Part shown: positions 39,082 to 48,406 of the stretch, one piece after another
How positions within the stretch are numbered: the stretch's first letter is position 1
Layout of the letters: the number at the start of each line of letters is the position of its first letter
Virus record (IMG/VR): IMGVR_UViG_3300027608_000024
Coordinates: 1-64,000 of that record
Length of the DNA: 64,000 nucleotides
Source: a virus
Direction: 5' to 3' (one strand)
Translations under genes and position numbers: made by a program
Notes under the pieces: model-generated
Seen by the model: the letters and a program-made list of their open reading frames with translations, nothing else
Told to the model about the DNA's origin: nothing
Database searches by the model: none

Positions 39082-40244
39082 TAGTTCATAGTGGTAACCC
39101 TCTTTCACCAAAAGTTTTTGTACAAATAAATGGTGTTGAGGTTAACTACAATGCAATTACAAAAATTGTTATTGATTTAGCGGCAAACAAACATGATGTT
39201 GTTTCTTTGCATGTAGCTGGTATACCACCTAAGGCAATTACCGATTACATTGACGCAGCAGTTAGTGTAACTGTAACTTTAGGTCCGGGTAGAACAACTG
39301 AGTTTCGTGGTTATGTTCTTTATTTAGAGCCCGAAGCTATTAGCGGATCGTCAATTGTTAATAACAGCCCATTTCAATTGACACGTATTGTGTGTTTTGG
39401 TGCATCTTTAAATATGAAAGGCACTAAAACTAGAGTATGGGAAAATGCTTCTGTTGTAACCATTGCTAAAGATATGGCTGAAACGTATGGCTTTAGTTTA
39501 GATGTAATTGACGATGGTTTTAAATTACCTAGAATTGTACAAGCTAAACAATCTGATTGGGAATTTTTAAACACGTTTTGTGCTACTTATGGATATTCCA
39601 TTTCTGTAAATGCCACACATATGCATATTTGGGACCCATTTAAAGCTATTGGTAGAAGGCCATCGTATGAAACGCTTACTGCACCAATTGGCTCATCTAC
39701 CCCATCCCCAGGTTCAATCCTTAAATTTAATGGAACTTTTGGGTACCTGACACCAGAAGGTGTTTCTTGGAACTATTCAGTTAACTCTATTGATGACACG
39801 GGAACGGTTAACACATCTGTAGGGGACCATACTGATCCAGAATTTTCATGGTCTGGTGTTGGCCATGGTTCAAAATATAACTCAGCTTTACGTAGTTCAG
39901 CTTTGTCGATTGGTGAGGCACAAAAATTAGTTGCCGCTGAAATTCGTAAAAAATTACCATTTAATGCAGTACTAGAAACAAGCGCAACAATAGGTACAGT
40001 ACCTGGTGGTATTGTTAACATTGCAGGTTACAAAACTAATTTTGAAGGATTATGGTATGTAAAAGCAGTAAAGCATACAATTGGAGGCTCCAGTTGTATG
40101 ACAACTTTAAATATATCTAGAGATTTTAATACAACTTCTGAATACCTTGTTCCACCTACTGAATTAGCAGAAAGCCCTCCAGACTCAAAATACGTAAATA
40201 ATAGATGGCAAAGTAGCGTTGAAAGAGTATTGACTTATGTATGA
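39078..40244 (+). CDS. Baseplate hub (gpD-like)
   Basis: QAKQSDWEFL; GLWYVKAVKH. Confidence 0.82.
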   Translation: MIVHSGNPLSPKVFVQINGVEVNYNAITKIVIDLAANKHDVVSLHVAGIPPKAITDYIDAAVSVTVTLGPGRTTEFRGYVLYLEPEAISGSSIVNNSPFQLTRIVCFGASLNMKGTKTRVWENASVVTIAKDMAETYGFSLDVIDDGFKLPRIVQAKQSDWEFLNTFCATYGYSISVNATHMHIWDPFKAIGRRPSYETLTAPIGSSTPSPGSILKFNGTFGYLTPEGVSWNYSVNSIDDTGTVNTSVGDHTDPEFSWSGVGHGSKYNSALRSSALSIGEAQKLVAAEIRKKLPFNAVLETSATIGTVPGGIVNIAGYKTNFEGLWYVKAVKHTIGGSSCMTTLNISRDFNTTSEYLVPPTELAESPPDSKYVNNRWQSSVERVLTYV

Positions 40245-40479
40245 CGGAATGAAACTTTACAGAGGTGTAGTTTCATACAGTGCAGGAACATCCGTGTACG
40301 TTCAAATACCTGCGTTACTTGGAACAGCAGTTTCGCTGCCCGTGTCAACTATCATTAATGCACCGACAGTTTCTACTGGTGACCAAGTACTTGTTGCTGT
40401 AGAAGATTCAAAAATGTCAAATGTACACATAGTCTCTGGTCCAGGTTCTGGATCTGGAATTGACGGAGGTTCAGCATAA
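40237..40479 (+). CDS. Short baseplate spike-like protein (OB fold)
   Basis: YRGVV...VQIPAL...P.TGDQVLVA. Confidence 0.65.
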   Translation: MYDGMKLYRGVVSYSAGTSVYVQIPALLGTAVSLPVSTIINAPTVSTGDQVLVAVEDSKMSNVHIVSGPGSGSGIDGGSA

Positions 40480-40889
40480 TGAAATCAATAAAAATGCCTT
40501 TTAATTTTAGTGGTGGGCGTGTAGGCACAACGTCTTCTCCAACAGTTGCTGCTGAACAAAAAATTATTAATGTGTTGACTACCAATCAATACGAACGTGT
40601 TATGCGACATCGTTATGGTGCAAATATTAATCAATTACTATACGAATCAATTGATGATCTCTCAATTGCTGACTTTATTGTTGACGCCAAACAAGAAGCC
40701 TCTGACAATATTAGTCGTACTGACATTTTAAATATAAAGTTAACCCCCCCAGATACTGTTGCGTCATATGGCAATAGTGAAACAACCTTAGGTATAACTG
40801 TTGTTTACAGGATTCCATTAGCAGCACCTCAGGTTGTATCCTTTAGGGTAGCAGCACCTGGAATTACTACTGAAGACACCTCAATTTAG
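40479..40889 (+). CDS. Baseplate wedge gp25/gpW-like
   Basis: IKMPF; ERVMRHRYGA. Confidence 0.85.
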   Translation: MKSIKMPFNFSGGRVGTTSSPTVAAEQKIINVLTTNQYERVMRHRYGANINQLLYESIDDLSIADFIVDAKQEASDNISRTDILNIKLTPPDTVASYGNSETTLGITVVYRIPLAAPQVVSFRVAAPGITTEDTSI

Positions 40890-40897
40890 GAGCAATC

Positions 40898-42346
40898 ATG
40901 GCATTGAACACACCTGGTTTTGACTTTGCAAGTCGTGACTACACAAATATTCGAAATGACTTACTGCTCCGAGCAGGACGCGTTACTCCGGAATGGGTTG
41001 ACCGTGATCCTTCTGACTTTGGTGTACTTATGGTTGACTTGTGGGCCTATATGGGCGACATCCTCCATTATTACATTGACCGTGCTGCTGGGGAAGCCTT
41101 TGTTTCTACTGCTACACAAAAGGAAAGCATGTTGGCATTAGCCAACTTATTTGATTACACTCCGTTTACACGAACATCAGCTACAGCAACTGTTTATGTT
41201 TCAAACACTTCTTCAGCTTCTGTGACCATCCCAGCAAATACCGTTTTTATTGGTGTTGGTGAATCTGACAATTTAGAATTCTTTTCTAATTCAACAGTTG
41301 TTATTAACTCTGGTGTATCCAACGTTGCAATTCCGGTAACTCAAGGAACAAAAATTGTTGAAGAAGTTTTGACAACTTCCGCATCTGGCCAGGTTGGACA
41401 AAAATACTCCTTAGCAAAAACTTCAGCAGTTCCAACAAGCGCGCAAGTTTATGTTTATGAAGATGGGGTAACACCTACTGCATGGAATAAAATTACAGAT
41501 GTTGCCTTAGCCCCAACCTCAAGTAGTGTTTATTCAGTAAATGTAAATGCCAATAACGAAACTCAAATTGTATTTGGTAACAGGATTAGCGGTAGGGTTC
41601 CTCCAACAAACTCAAAAATTACAGCAACTTATAACGTTACCAGTGGTGCTGCTGGAAATTTAAGTCAAAACAAAATAACTTCTTTTAAATTAGCGCAACC
41701 ATTTGGTATTGCAATCGTGTCTTCTAGCGCAGCAATTGGTGGAAGTAGTGGTGAGACTGTTGATTCAATTAAAACATCACTTAAAGCAGTTATTAAATCA
41801 CAAAATCGTGCTGTAACACTTCAAGATTTTGTTGACCTTGCACTAATTATTCCTGGTGTATATAAGGCTGTAGCTAAGTACGACCCATCTCTAACTAGCG
41901 GTGGAAGTGTGACTGTATATGGATTACCATATATTTCTTCATACACTTCTTACTCAGCAGCTTCTGTTGGTGTCCCAGCTTCTGTTCAAAGCGAGATTGT
42001 GAGTAGCATTCAACCTTTAGCAACTTTAGGTGTAACTGTTTTGGCGGGAAGTACAATTACTTTAGTCCCAAAAAATGTTAGTGCAACAATCTATGTTGAT
42101 GAAAGCTACGTTGCGTCTTCGGTTAGTTCAGCGGTATCTAGTGCTCTGGATGTTTTGTTTGAATTAAATGGAATTGAGTTTGGTGAAGATCTTAAAATTG
42201 GTGACGTTTACAGAGCAATACATAACGTTGAGGGTGTTCTTTACGCCACTGTTACTGTTTCTGGTAGTTCTCCTACAAATATTCAATTAATTAAAAAAGG
42301 CACGTACACCCTGACCACCTCCGGTGGCATTACTACATCGAGCTGA
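40898..42346 (+). CDS. Baseplate J-like protein
   Basis: DFASRDY, DFGVLM, FGNRISGRVP, NRAVTLQDF. Confidence 0.9.
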   Translation: MALNTPGFDFASRDYTNIRNDLLLRAGRVTPEWVDRDPSDFGVLMVDLWAYMGDILHYYIDRAAGEAFVSTATQKESMLALANLFDYTPFTRTSATATVYVSNTSSASVTIPANTVFIGVGESDNLEFFSNSTVVINSGVSNVAIPVTQGTKIVEEVLTTSASGQVGQKYSLAKTSAVPTSAQVYVYEDGVTPTAWNKITDVALAPTSSSVYSVNVNANNETQIVFGNRISGRVPPTNSKITATYNVTSGAAGNLSQNKITSFKLAQPFGIAIVSSSAAIGGSSGETVDSIKTSLKAVIKSQNRAVTLQDFVDLALIIPGVYKAVAKYDPSLTSGGSVTVYGLPYISSYTSYSAASVGVPASVQSEIVSSIQPLATLGVTVLAGSTITLVPKNVSATIYVDESYVASSVSSAVSSALDVLFELNGIEFGEDLKIGDVYRAIHNVEGVLYATVTVSGSSPTNIQLIKKGTYTLTTSGGITTSS

Positions 42347-42347
42347 T

Positions 42348-44123
42348 ATGGCACGTAAATCTTTTACACTTCAAAAATTATCAGCAGAATATGGTAGCTA
42401 TGTTCAGTATCCATCGGGTACTGGTGCTGCTTCCGTAGGCTTAACGGTACGTACTGATGATGACTCAAGGCTTAAGTCAGACGATTTATTAGTTGCCCCA
42501 ATTCTAAATACTCCAGTTAGGTCTGGATCACTTTTACCTTACGCATCGTTTTTTTCCGCAGAGGTTAGTGACTACGAGGAAATTATCCTTACATGGGATG
42601 CCCCTCTTAACGACCTTAGTTTGGCGCCAACTAGCTCAACAGTAGTAGCTACTGCTTTGTTAATTGCTTATTCAGAAGATGGGGAGCCACCAACAGTTAG
42701 TGATGGAACTGTCATTACTTCTGATGCAACTTCAAAAATTTATTACCATAAAGTCCCTTCTGGCAAATGGGCTTATTACACAATGTTTGTAAAGTTTGAA
42801 TCACGAGATGGTGATCTGTATTACGAACCAACTGCAAAACTTGCTGTTTTAACGCCAGCAAAATATAACAGTGTTGATGATCTGTATAGGAAGATTCCAG
42901 AGTATTACCGAACCCTTGATGACAATATGTCAACAGGTCTTGGTGGCCCACTTTACCGTTACTTAAGTATTTTTGGATTTGAAATTGACAAAGTTCGGAC
43001 AGAGCTTGACTTCATGATTTCAATGAAAGACCCACAGCTTGCTAACAGCGAAGTGCTTGATTATCTTGCACAAGACCTTGGAGTTGACCTACGCGCACAC
43101 GAACTTGGTTCAGCACGTTTACGTAGTCTCATGAACATTATTGGTTATCTTCGCCGGTCTGAAGGAACCATTGGAAGCCTTGAGTATGCAATGCAGGCAA
43201 TAACTGGGTCTGATATTGAAATTGATACAGTTAATAAAGTAGTTAAAGTTTTTGCACAAAGAGTGAACCTCTTAAAAGACCCAAACCTAGAACGAATCAT
43301 TGCTGGTTTGTTTGACGGTGGTTCGCCATCCTCGTCTACTTTTTCTCTTGAACTAGACGCAGGTATTGCTAGTACTTCTACTTTTACAACAACATATGAA
43401 GGTGGTACTCCTTCTGCTACTGGAGGATCAACTGTTGGAAACGAACTTTGGGGATACATCCCAGATTTAACTTCTGGTGGTTCAGTTAATGTTTTGCAAA
43501 CAACCTCAAATTACATCTATGTAATTGCTAATGATGACCTTTATTTCTCTGTTCAGGCAGGAACAATTTCACCAGCACAGAACAGTATTATAAAAGTTGC
43601 TTTGTATAAAGATGCACCATATGGCAACGTTAGTCCTGCTCCAGTGCTTGTAGCACAGGCAACCACAGCAACAACGGTAGCTGGTATTAAATATTGGAGG
43701 CTAACTGTTCCTTCAACCTATACTTCTTACACACCTGTGTATTTTGCAATATTTCAAGAATCTGTTGTTGATGCACAACAACACTTTAATTACATGTTGT
43801 TAGAGCGCGCGGCAAATGGCAAATACTTTGATGGAACCACATCTTTTGGTGGTTGGCTTGTAGACGGAAATACTATTTCTGACTACAGGTGGTATAACCC
43901 AGTAGCACCAAACGGCGCTTCACCTGGACTACCAATTGAAAATTTTTCTGTGTACAACTCTAACTACCAAAAGACACGAGCAGTAGCAAATAGGTTTCTA
44001 ACCAACCTGTTACCAGTAACACAACTTACAACTGGAACTGCTCCAGTGTATAGTAACGGCACTGTCCCAGATCCAGAGTGGACTATTACGTTTAACCATA
44101 TACCAGGAGTAACTTACCCATAA
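42348..44123 (+). CDS. Baseplate wedge (P2 gpI-like) with fibre-attachment extension
   Basis: LYRKIPEYYR..D, LYRYLSIFG, LDYLAQDLG, GT..SL. Confidence 0.72.
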   Translation: MARKSFTLQKLSAEYGSYVQYPSGTGAASVGLTVRTDDDSRLKSDDLLVAPILNTPVRSGSLLPYASFFSAEVSDYEEIILTWDAPLNDLSLAPTSSTVVATALLIAYSEDGEPPTVSDGTVITSDATSKIYYHKVPSGKWAYYTMFVKFESRDGDLYYEPTAKLAVLTPAKYNSVDDLYRKIPEYYRTLDDNMSTGLGGPLYRYLSIFGFEIDKVRTELDFMISMKDPQLANSEVLDYLAQDLGVDLRAHELGSARLRSLMNIIGYLRRSEGTIGSLEYAMQAITGSDIEIDTVNKVVKVFAQRVNLLKDPNLERIIAGLFDGGSPSSSTFSLELDAGIASTSTFTTTYEGGTPSATGGSTVGNELWGYIPDLTSGGSVNVLQTTSNYIYVIANDDLYFSVQAGTISPAQNSIIKVALYKDAPYGNVSPAPVLVAQATTATTVAGIKYWRLTVPSTYTSYTPVYFAIFQESVVDAQQHFNYMLLERAANGKYFDGTTSFGGWLVDGNTISDYRWYNPVAPNGASPGLPIENFSVYNSNYQKTRAVANRFLTNLLPVTQLTTGTAPVYSNGTVPDPEWTITFNHIPGVTYP

Positions 44124-44377
44124 TGCTTTTCTTAATCTGTTCCCTTGCTGTTTATAAAACTGTACAAACAATTGATGCGCTCTTGCCAAAAGAACCAATG
44201 CCATGGGTAAAGCTTTTAGCAAGCATCGCACTTGGTTATGGTGCTGCTGCAATCTGCCAACTTGATGACTTAATAATTTCAGGTTTAGCTGTCACGGCGG
44301 TTGCGGGTGGGGTGCACACCCTATTAAGATTACTTACGCTAGCGGGTGATCTCGCTCAGCGTAAGAACCTACGATAG
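44123..44377 (+). CDS. Membrane protein
   Basis: Hydrophobic 84-aa ORF. Confidence 0.65.
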   Translation: MLFLICSLAVYKTVQTIDALLPKEPMPWVKLLASIALGYGAAAICQLDDLIISGLAVTAVAGGVHTLLRLLTLAGDLAQRKNLR

Positions 44378-44385
44378 GAGAAACC

Positions 44386-45117
44386 ATGAGAGAAGCATAT
44401 GGTGTTGTTGGTGCTGGAGTTGCACCACGCAAAGTTATTGAAGCTGGATTAAATGACATTGGTGTTTCATCAGTATTTATTATCCCCTGGTATGGAAAAA
44501 TGACAGACGGTTTAGAAGTTGTCTACGACTGGGTATTGGACAACGGAGCAATCTTTTCAATTGTTGCAAAAGATGAAGTTAAAGATCCCCCTAAAGTTTT
44601 AGCAAGTAAAGCAACCTCAGTAATGGTCGTTCAAGATGTTGACGCACACATTGTGCGCACACTTAAAGAGCGTGAAGTACAAGGTATGGTCCTTGTGCTA
44701 TGGGACCAAGACAAAGAGAAATACTCTGTTGAGGTTGCCTCAATGGCCATTGACCTCAAGCTTCCTACTTTGGAACTTACTAATGGGCTTGTTCCTATTA
44801 TCTTGAATGACTCAGAAGAAACAGTTATTGAAGATGAAATGCCAGATCTTGGCGAAGCTTCATATGATCGTGAAACTCTTGAGATGATGCCCTCAGCACT
44901 AGTTAAGCGCATGGCTAAAGATAAAGGGCTTACTCCAAAGTCAAAGGAAGAAGCAGTTGAGATGCTTTCCCCAGCTGATCAGAAGCTTGACGAAAAGAGT
45001 TTAATTGGTTCCGTTATCTTCTTGATGCGTGACGGCTCAGAGGTTGGGTTCAATGGAACTCAAGAGTTACTTCAAAAGATATTTGATGTCGTGTCAGAGC
45101 ACACTAGTGCTTGGTGA
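44386..45117 (+). CDS. Hypothetical protein (Rossmannoid N-terminus, HeH/Rho-N-like segment)
   Basis: AGGAG RBS; YDRETLEMMPSALVKRMAKDKG. Confidence 0.6.
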   Translation: MREAYGVVGAGVAPRKVIEAGLNDIGVSSVFIIPWYGKMTDGLEVVYDWVLDNGAIFSIVAKDEVKDPPKVLASKATSVMVVQDVDAHIVRTLKEREVQGMVLVLWDQDKEKYSVEVASMAIDLKLPTLELTNGLVPIILNDSEETVIEDEMPDLGEASYDRETLEMMPSALVKRMAKDKGLTPKSKEEAVEMLSPADQKLDEKSLIGSVIFLMRDGSEVGFNGTQELLQKIFDVVSEHTSAW

Positions 45118-45132
45118 CCTAACCACATAAAA

Positions 45133-45160
45133 GAAAAAGCCCCCGCAAGGGGGCTTTTTC
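45133..45160. terminator. Bidirectional intrinsic terminator
   Basis: GAAAAAGCCCCC-GCAA-GGGGGCTTTTTC between convergent genes. Confidence 0.9.
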
Positions 45161-45193
45161 ATTTGCAATGGTAACTACCATTTATTTAAGACT

Positions 45194-45307
45194 TCACTTC
45201 TTCTTGGCTGCTGCTTTCTTCGCAGGAGCTGCCTTCTTCTTTGCAGGCCCTTTGCCATACCCGGGGTCCTTTTTGTCTTTCAAACCACATCCACATGCTG
45301 TACACAT
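45194..45307 (-). CDS. Tiny Cys-motif, Lys/Ala-rich (histone H1-like tail) protein, 37 aa
   Basis: MCTACGCGLKDKKDPGYGKGPAKKKAAPAKKAAAKKK; GGGAGG RBS. Confidence 0.7.
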   Translation of the reverse strand: MCTACGCGLKDKKDPGYGKGPAKKKAAPAKKAAAKKK

Positions 45308-45354
45308 ATTAGTTACCTCCCTTCCTGTATTTGCTTGTCTTCTTAGCAGCCATG

Positions 45355-45654
45355 TCAGCAATCCCAAGCGCGCAAAGACTTGTTAATACGAGAATTAGGA
45401 TCGTTGGCTGTCTTGGATGAAGTGTTCTTCTTCTTCATGCCTTCCATGCGTGCACAGAAAGAATCACGACGCGCTGCTGACTTCTCAGACTTAGCTGCCT
45501 GTTCTTTCTTTACCGGTGGCTTAAGATTGCTTCCAGGGTTTGCCTTTTCATAAGACTTGCGTCCTTTTTCATTAAGGCCACCCTTTGGGTCTTTGCCCTC
45601 AGCACGCGACCAAGCTGCTGTTTTCTTAGCCGGTGCTTTCTTTTTCTCTGCCAT
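45355..45654 (-). CDS. Basic phage protein
   Basis: EGKDPKGGLNEKGRKSY...RRDSFCARM...SRINKSLRAWDC. Confidence 0.75.
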   Translation of the reverse strand: MAEKKKAPAKKTAAWSRAEGKDPKGGLNEKGRKSYEKANPGSNLKPPVKKEQAAKSEKSAARRDSFCARMEGMKKKNTSSKTANDPNSRINKSLRAWDC

Positions 45655-45663
45655 TATGTCCCC

Positions 45664-46098
45664 TTACTTGGTTGAGGCACGGAGTTGCCATGCCCATTTT
45701 TTATGCATGTCAATGCGACCTGAAATAAAGTCTGCAATACCTTGTTCGTTGGCTTTTGTTGCCTTATCAAAAGAATCATTTAAAGTTTTAATAACAGATT
45801 CATTTGCTGTTGCAAGCGCCTTTGCCATTGCTTTAGGGGATGGCTCAACATCTTTAAAAGTAACGGTAGTTAGTTCCATGTATTTTTTAAGACTGAATGG
45901 AGCGTAGTCATCAAGCTTACGAATGTTTTCTGCAATGGGGTCAATTGATCCGTAGGCATCTTCGTAGATGTCAGCAAAAAGAGAGTGGTACTGACTAAAG
46001 TCTTGGCCTTCTACGTTCCAGTGATATCCGTGGGCCATGAAATAAAAAGTTACTACATCTGAAACAAGCACCTTAAGTGACTTGATTAATTCGTTCAT
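45664..46098 (-). CDS. dps: Dps (ferritin-like DNA protection protein)
   Basis: HGYHWNVEG..F..YH...D.IAENIR; HKKWAW. Confidence 0.93.
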   Translation of the reverse strand: MNELIKSLKVLVSDVVTFYFMAHGYHWNVEGQDFSQYHSLFADIYEDAYGSIDPIAENIRKLDDYAPFSLKKYMELTTVTFKDVEPSPKAMAKALATANESVIKTLNDSFDKATKANEQGIADFISGRIDMHKKWAWQLRASTK

Positions 46099-46280
46099 TA
46101 GGTCTCCTAAAAGGGCAAACGCCAGGGTAATAAGGATTGTACCCCATTAACCCCGGCGTTTGCTGACCTACAACCAGGTAGGAGAACCACCAACTTCCCG
46201 GTGCAAAGAGTGTACCAGCGTCAAATTATATTTGCAACGCCGTTGCTAAGTACCTCAAAAGTGTGTACAGTTTCCGACCC

Positions 46281-47507
46281 ATGACCACCAACCATTTCCA
46301 GGGGCCATTCTTGGCAGTTCCGCTTTGGGCGCATGAACTGATACGTGACTCTGGGCATTCTAGGGACATGCAAGTCTTATTATCTCTTATCGCTCTTATG
46401 GAGCGCCGTACCAAAGAAGTTAGTGCTTCCGTACAACAGATTGCTGATTACTCTGTACTCTCCAAAGAGACTGTCAAGCGTTCCCTTAGGTGGCTAGAAG
46501 AGTCAGGTGTGGTTACAATTGGACGCCGTAAAAAGCCTTCAGTGAATGTTTACACAATTAACTATGCACCAGCAGATGGGGTCAGCGGTGACCCCATTAG
46601 GGCTGTGGATAAGTGGGTAGATAGGGTCACCAGTGACCCTATGATGGGGTCAGCCGTGACCCCATCAAAACCACGTTTGGCCCATACTGCTTGCGGATTA
46701 CGTGACTCTTCTATAGAAGTATTAAATATAGATACTAATAAGGTAAAGAAAGCCGCAAGCGGCCTGGAGGAAGAAATGATCTTAGGTGGAGACCCAGAGG
46801 AGGCCGAAGTGAAAGTGGAAACAAAGGTTAAGAAGAAGAGTCAAAGGAACGTCAACAGTCTGGTCACCCAGTTCATAAGTGACCCACGTACGATTATGAG
46901 CCACAGTTATTCTTATAAGGAAATTATTATCTTACGTAAGACCCTTAACACCCTTAGAGACTCGGGCCTTACAGAGTTCACCGTTTCACAAATGATCAAG
47001 CGATTCCTTGACGTTGAGCACTGGCGTAATTCAGAAACACCAGTTTTAGTTTTTACCAACAAGGCAGTGCAGCAAAAACTCATGGACCAAGTTGACACTG
47101 AGGTTGTTACAGAAGACCCAGTTCTTGCTTTGATGATGAGCGACTTTGAACGTGTCGGTATTAATTTGCCGTGGGATTATACAAACGATCAATTACTAAA
47201 GCGTGAAGTTATTCGTCACGGCATTGACATCTGCTACCGCTACCCTGAAGTTGTGGCAGAACTAATTAAAACCCACAATGGTGTACCAAGTACAAACTTT
47301 ACTGCAACTTTGCGTGCGCTAAACTCTCTTGTAAGGGTTTTATCTGGCGAAGAAGATGGTGACTTAACCGAACTTCACGCTGCGGTGTCTTCTGTGAGTC
47401 TTCCACCAGAACTACACAAAACTTCAAAGAAAGATCTGCGCCCTGCGGCAGAATCTCTACTTGAAGCCGTGTACAACTACAGGAGAAGTACTCATGGACG
47501 AAAGTGA
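46281..47507 (+). CDS. Replication initiator (winged HTH, lambda O/DnaD-like)
   Basis: SVQQIADYSVLSKETVKRSLRWLEESGVV...NVY; internal iterons; DnaC-like gene two genes downstream. Confidence 0.75.
   Translation: MTTNHFQGPFLAVPLWAHELIRDSGHSRDMQVLLSLIALMERRTKEVSASVQQIADYSVLSKETVKRSLRWLEESGVVTIGRRKKPSVNVYTINYAPADGVSGDPIRAVDKWVDRVTSDPMMGSAVTPSKPRLAHTACGLRDSSIEVLNIDTNKVKKAASGLEEEMILGGDPEEAEVKVETKVKKKSQRNVNSLVTQFISDPRTIMSHSYSYKEIIILRKTLNTLRDSGLTEFTVSQMIKRFLDVEHWRNSETPVLVFTNKAVQQKLMDQVDTEVVTEDPVLALMMSDFERVGINLPWDYTNDQLLKREVIRHGIDICYRYPEVVAELIKTHNGVPSTNFTATLRALNSLVRVLSGEEDGDLTELHAAVSSVSLPPELHKTSKKDLRPAAESLLEAVYNYRRSTHGRK
46576..46743. other. Putative replication origin inside the initiator gene
   Basis: Three GGGTCA-N4-TGACCC palindromes; DnaA box at 46604-46612; AT-rich tract ~46711-46743. 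Confidence 0.72.
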
Positions 47508-47850
47508 ACCTATGTATGTCTTTGAAAACATAAACGACATTTTGATCTTTGCTCAATGGGTGCACGAGAATTTTGAGTCCCCCGAAGAGTACGAAGGTTG
47601 GTTTGAGCATTCACTTGACTTAGCCGTCCCTTCAGAAGTTTTTTGTACTCGTCCACAAAAGAAAGTGGAAAAGATGCATGTCTGTGTAGAGTGCAAAGCC
47701 CAGTTCACAACAAAGTCAGGATTAAGCATCCATCACAATGTTGTGCACACACGCAAGTTGGATAACGCAGAATTCTGGGACATAATCAAAACCACTTACA
47801 ACGACCACAACGAGGACCACAATGAGCCAAACATTTCAGACACCGACTGA
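47494..47850 (+). CDS. C2H2 zinc-finger protein
   Basis: CVECKAQFTTKSGLSIHHNVVH; AGGAG RBS. Confidence 0.7.
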   Translation: MDESEPMYVFENINDILIFAQWVHENFESPEEYEGWFEHSLDLAVPSEVFCTRPQKKVEKMHVCVECKAQFTTKSGLSIHHNVVHTRKLDNAEFWDIIKTTYNDHNEDHNEPNISDTD

Positions 47851-48406
47851 TTGGAAGTCAGCAGCTTGGTGGCGTAACCGTTCTCCAGAAGAACGTGTAT
47901 TTCATTCTAAAATACCTCGCAGATTTGCTGACTGCGAAGATATCACTAACCCAAAGATTGCAAAATGGGTTATGGATTACAAACAAGGCGACAGCATTCT
48001 CATTCAGGGCAAGCCAGGAACTGGAAAATCAACAATGGCCCAAGCCGTACTTAGGGCGCTTGTTTTAGACAACCCTCTGTCAGGTCGCTTTGTCACATCC
48101 GATAGATACATTGAGATGCTCAAAGACCAGTTTGACAACGACAATCTTCTTCCAGAGATGTACTCAAGTCCATACCTGATTAAGTACATCCAAGGGGTCT
48201 TTGACATTGTTGTCCTTGACGGTGTTGGCCAAGAACGTGAAACAGAATTCTCAATCCATGAAATTGGTAGTTTGATTCGGCGTCGTCACGAAGACATGCG
48301 CACAACAATCATTACAACAACTCTTGGAGTCTCTGACTTTACACGTCGCTACGGTGACCGTGTTAAAAGTGCCGTGCTTGACATGGTGGAAGTCAAGGTT
48401 GTGTGA
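47822..48406 (+). CDS. DnaC/IstB-like helicase loader ATPase
   Basis: IPRRF; GKPGTGKS; VVLDGVGQE; TIITT. Confidence 0.85.
   Translation: MSQTFQTPTDWKSAAWWRNRSPEERVFHSKIPRRFADCEDITNPKIAKWVMDYKQGDSILIQGKPGTGKSTMAQAVLRALVLDNPLSGRFVTSDRYIEMLKDQFDNDNLLPEMYSSPYLIKYIQGVFDIVVLDGVGQERETEFSIHEIGSLIRRRHEDMRTTIITTTLGVSDFTRRYGDRVKSAVLDMVEVKVV

Noticed and set aside
31313-44123. Sheath/tube/baseplate as a tailocin, eCIS or T6SS
   Set aside because: Linked to terminase, portal, scaffold and capsid genes, so it is a phage tail
45168-45907. Plus-strand ORFs at 45168 and 45557
   Set aside because: Antisense shadows of minus-strand genes that have RBSs and recognisable products
46201-46284. 27-codon leader peptide ending in an ATGA overlap with the initiator (plasmid tap-like control)
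   Set aside because: The nearest SD is ~16 nt from the GTG and the overlap could be chance
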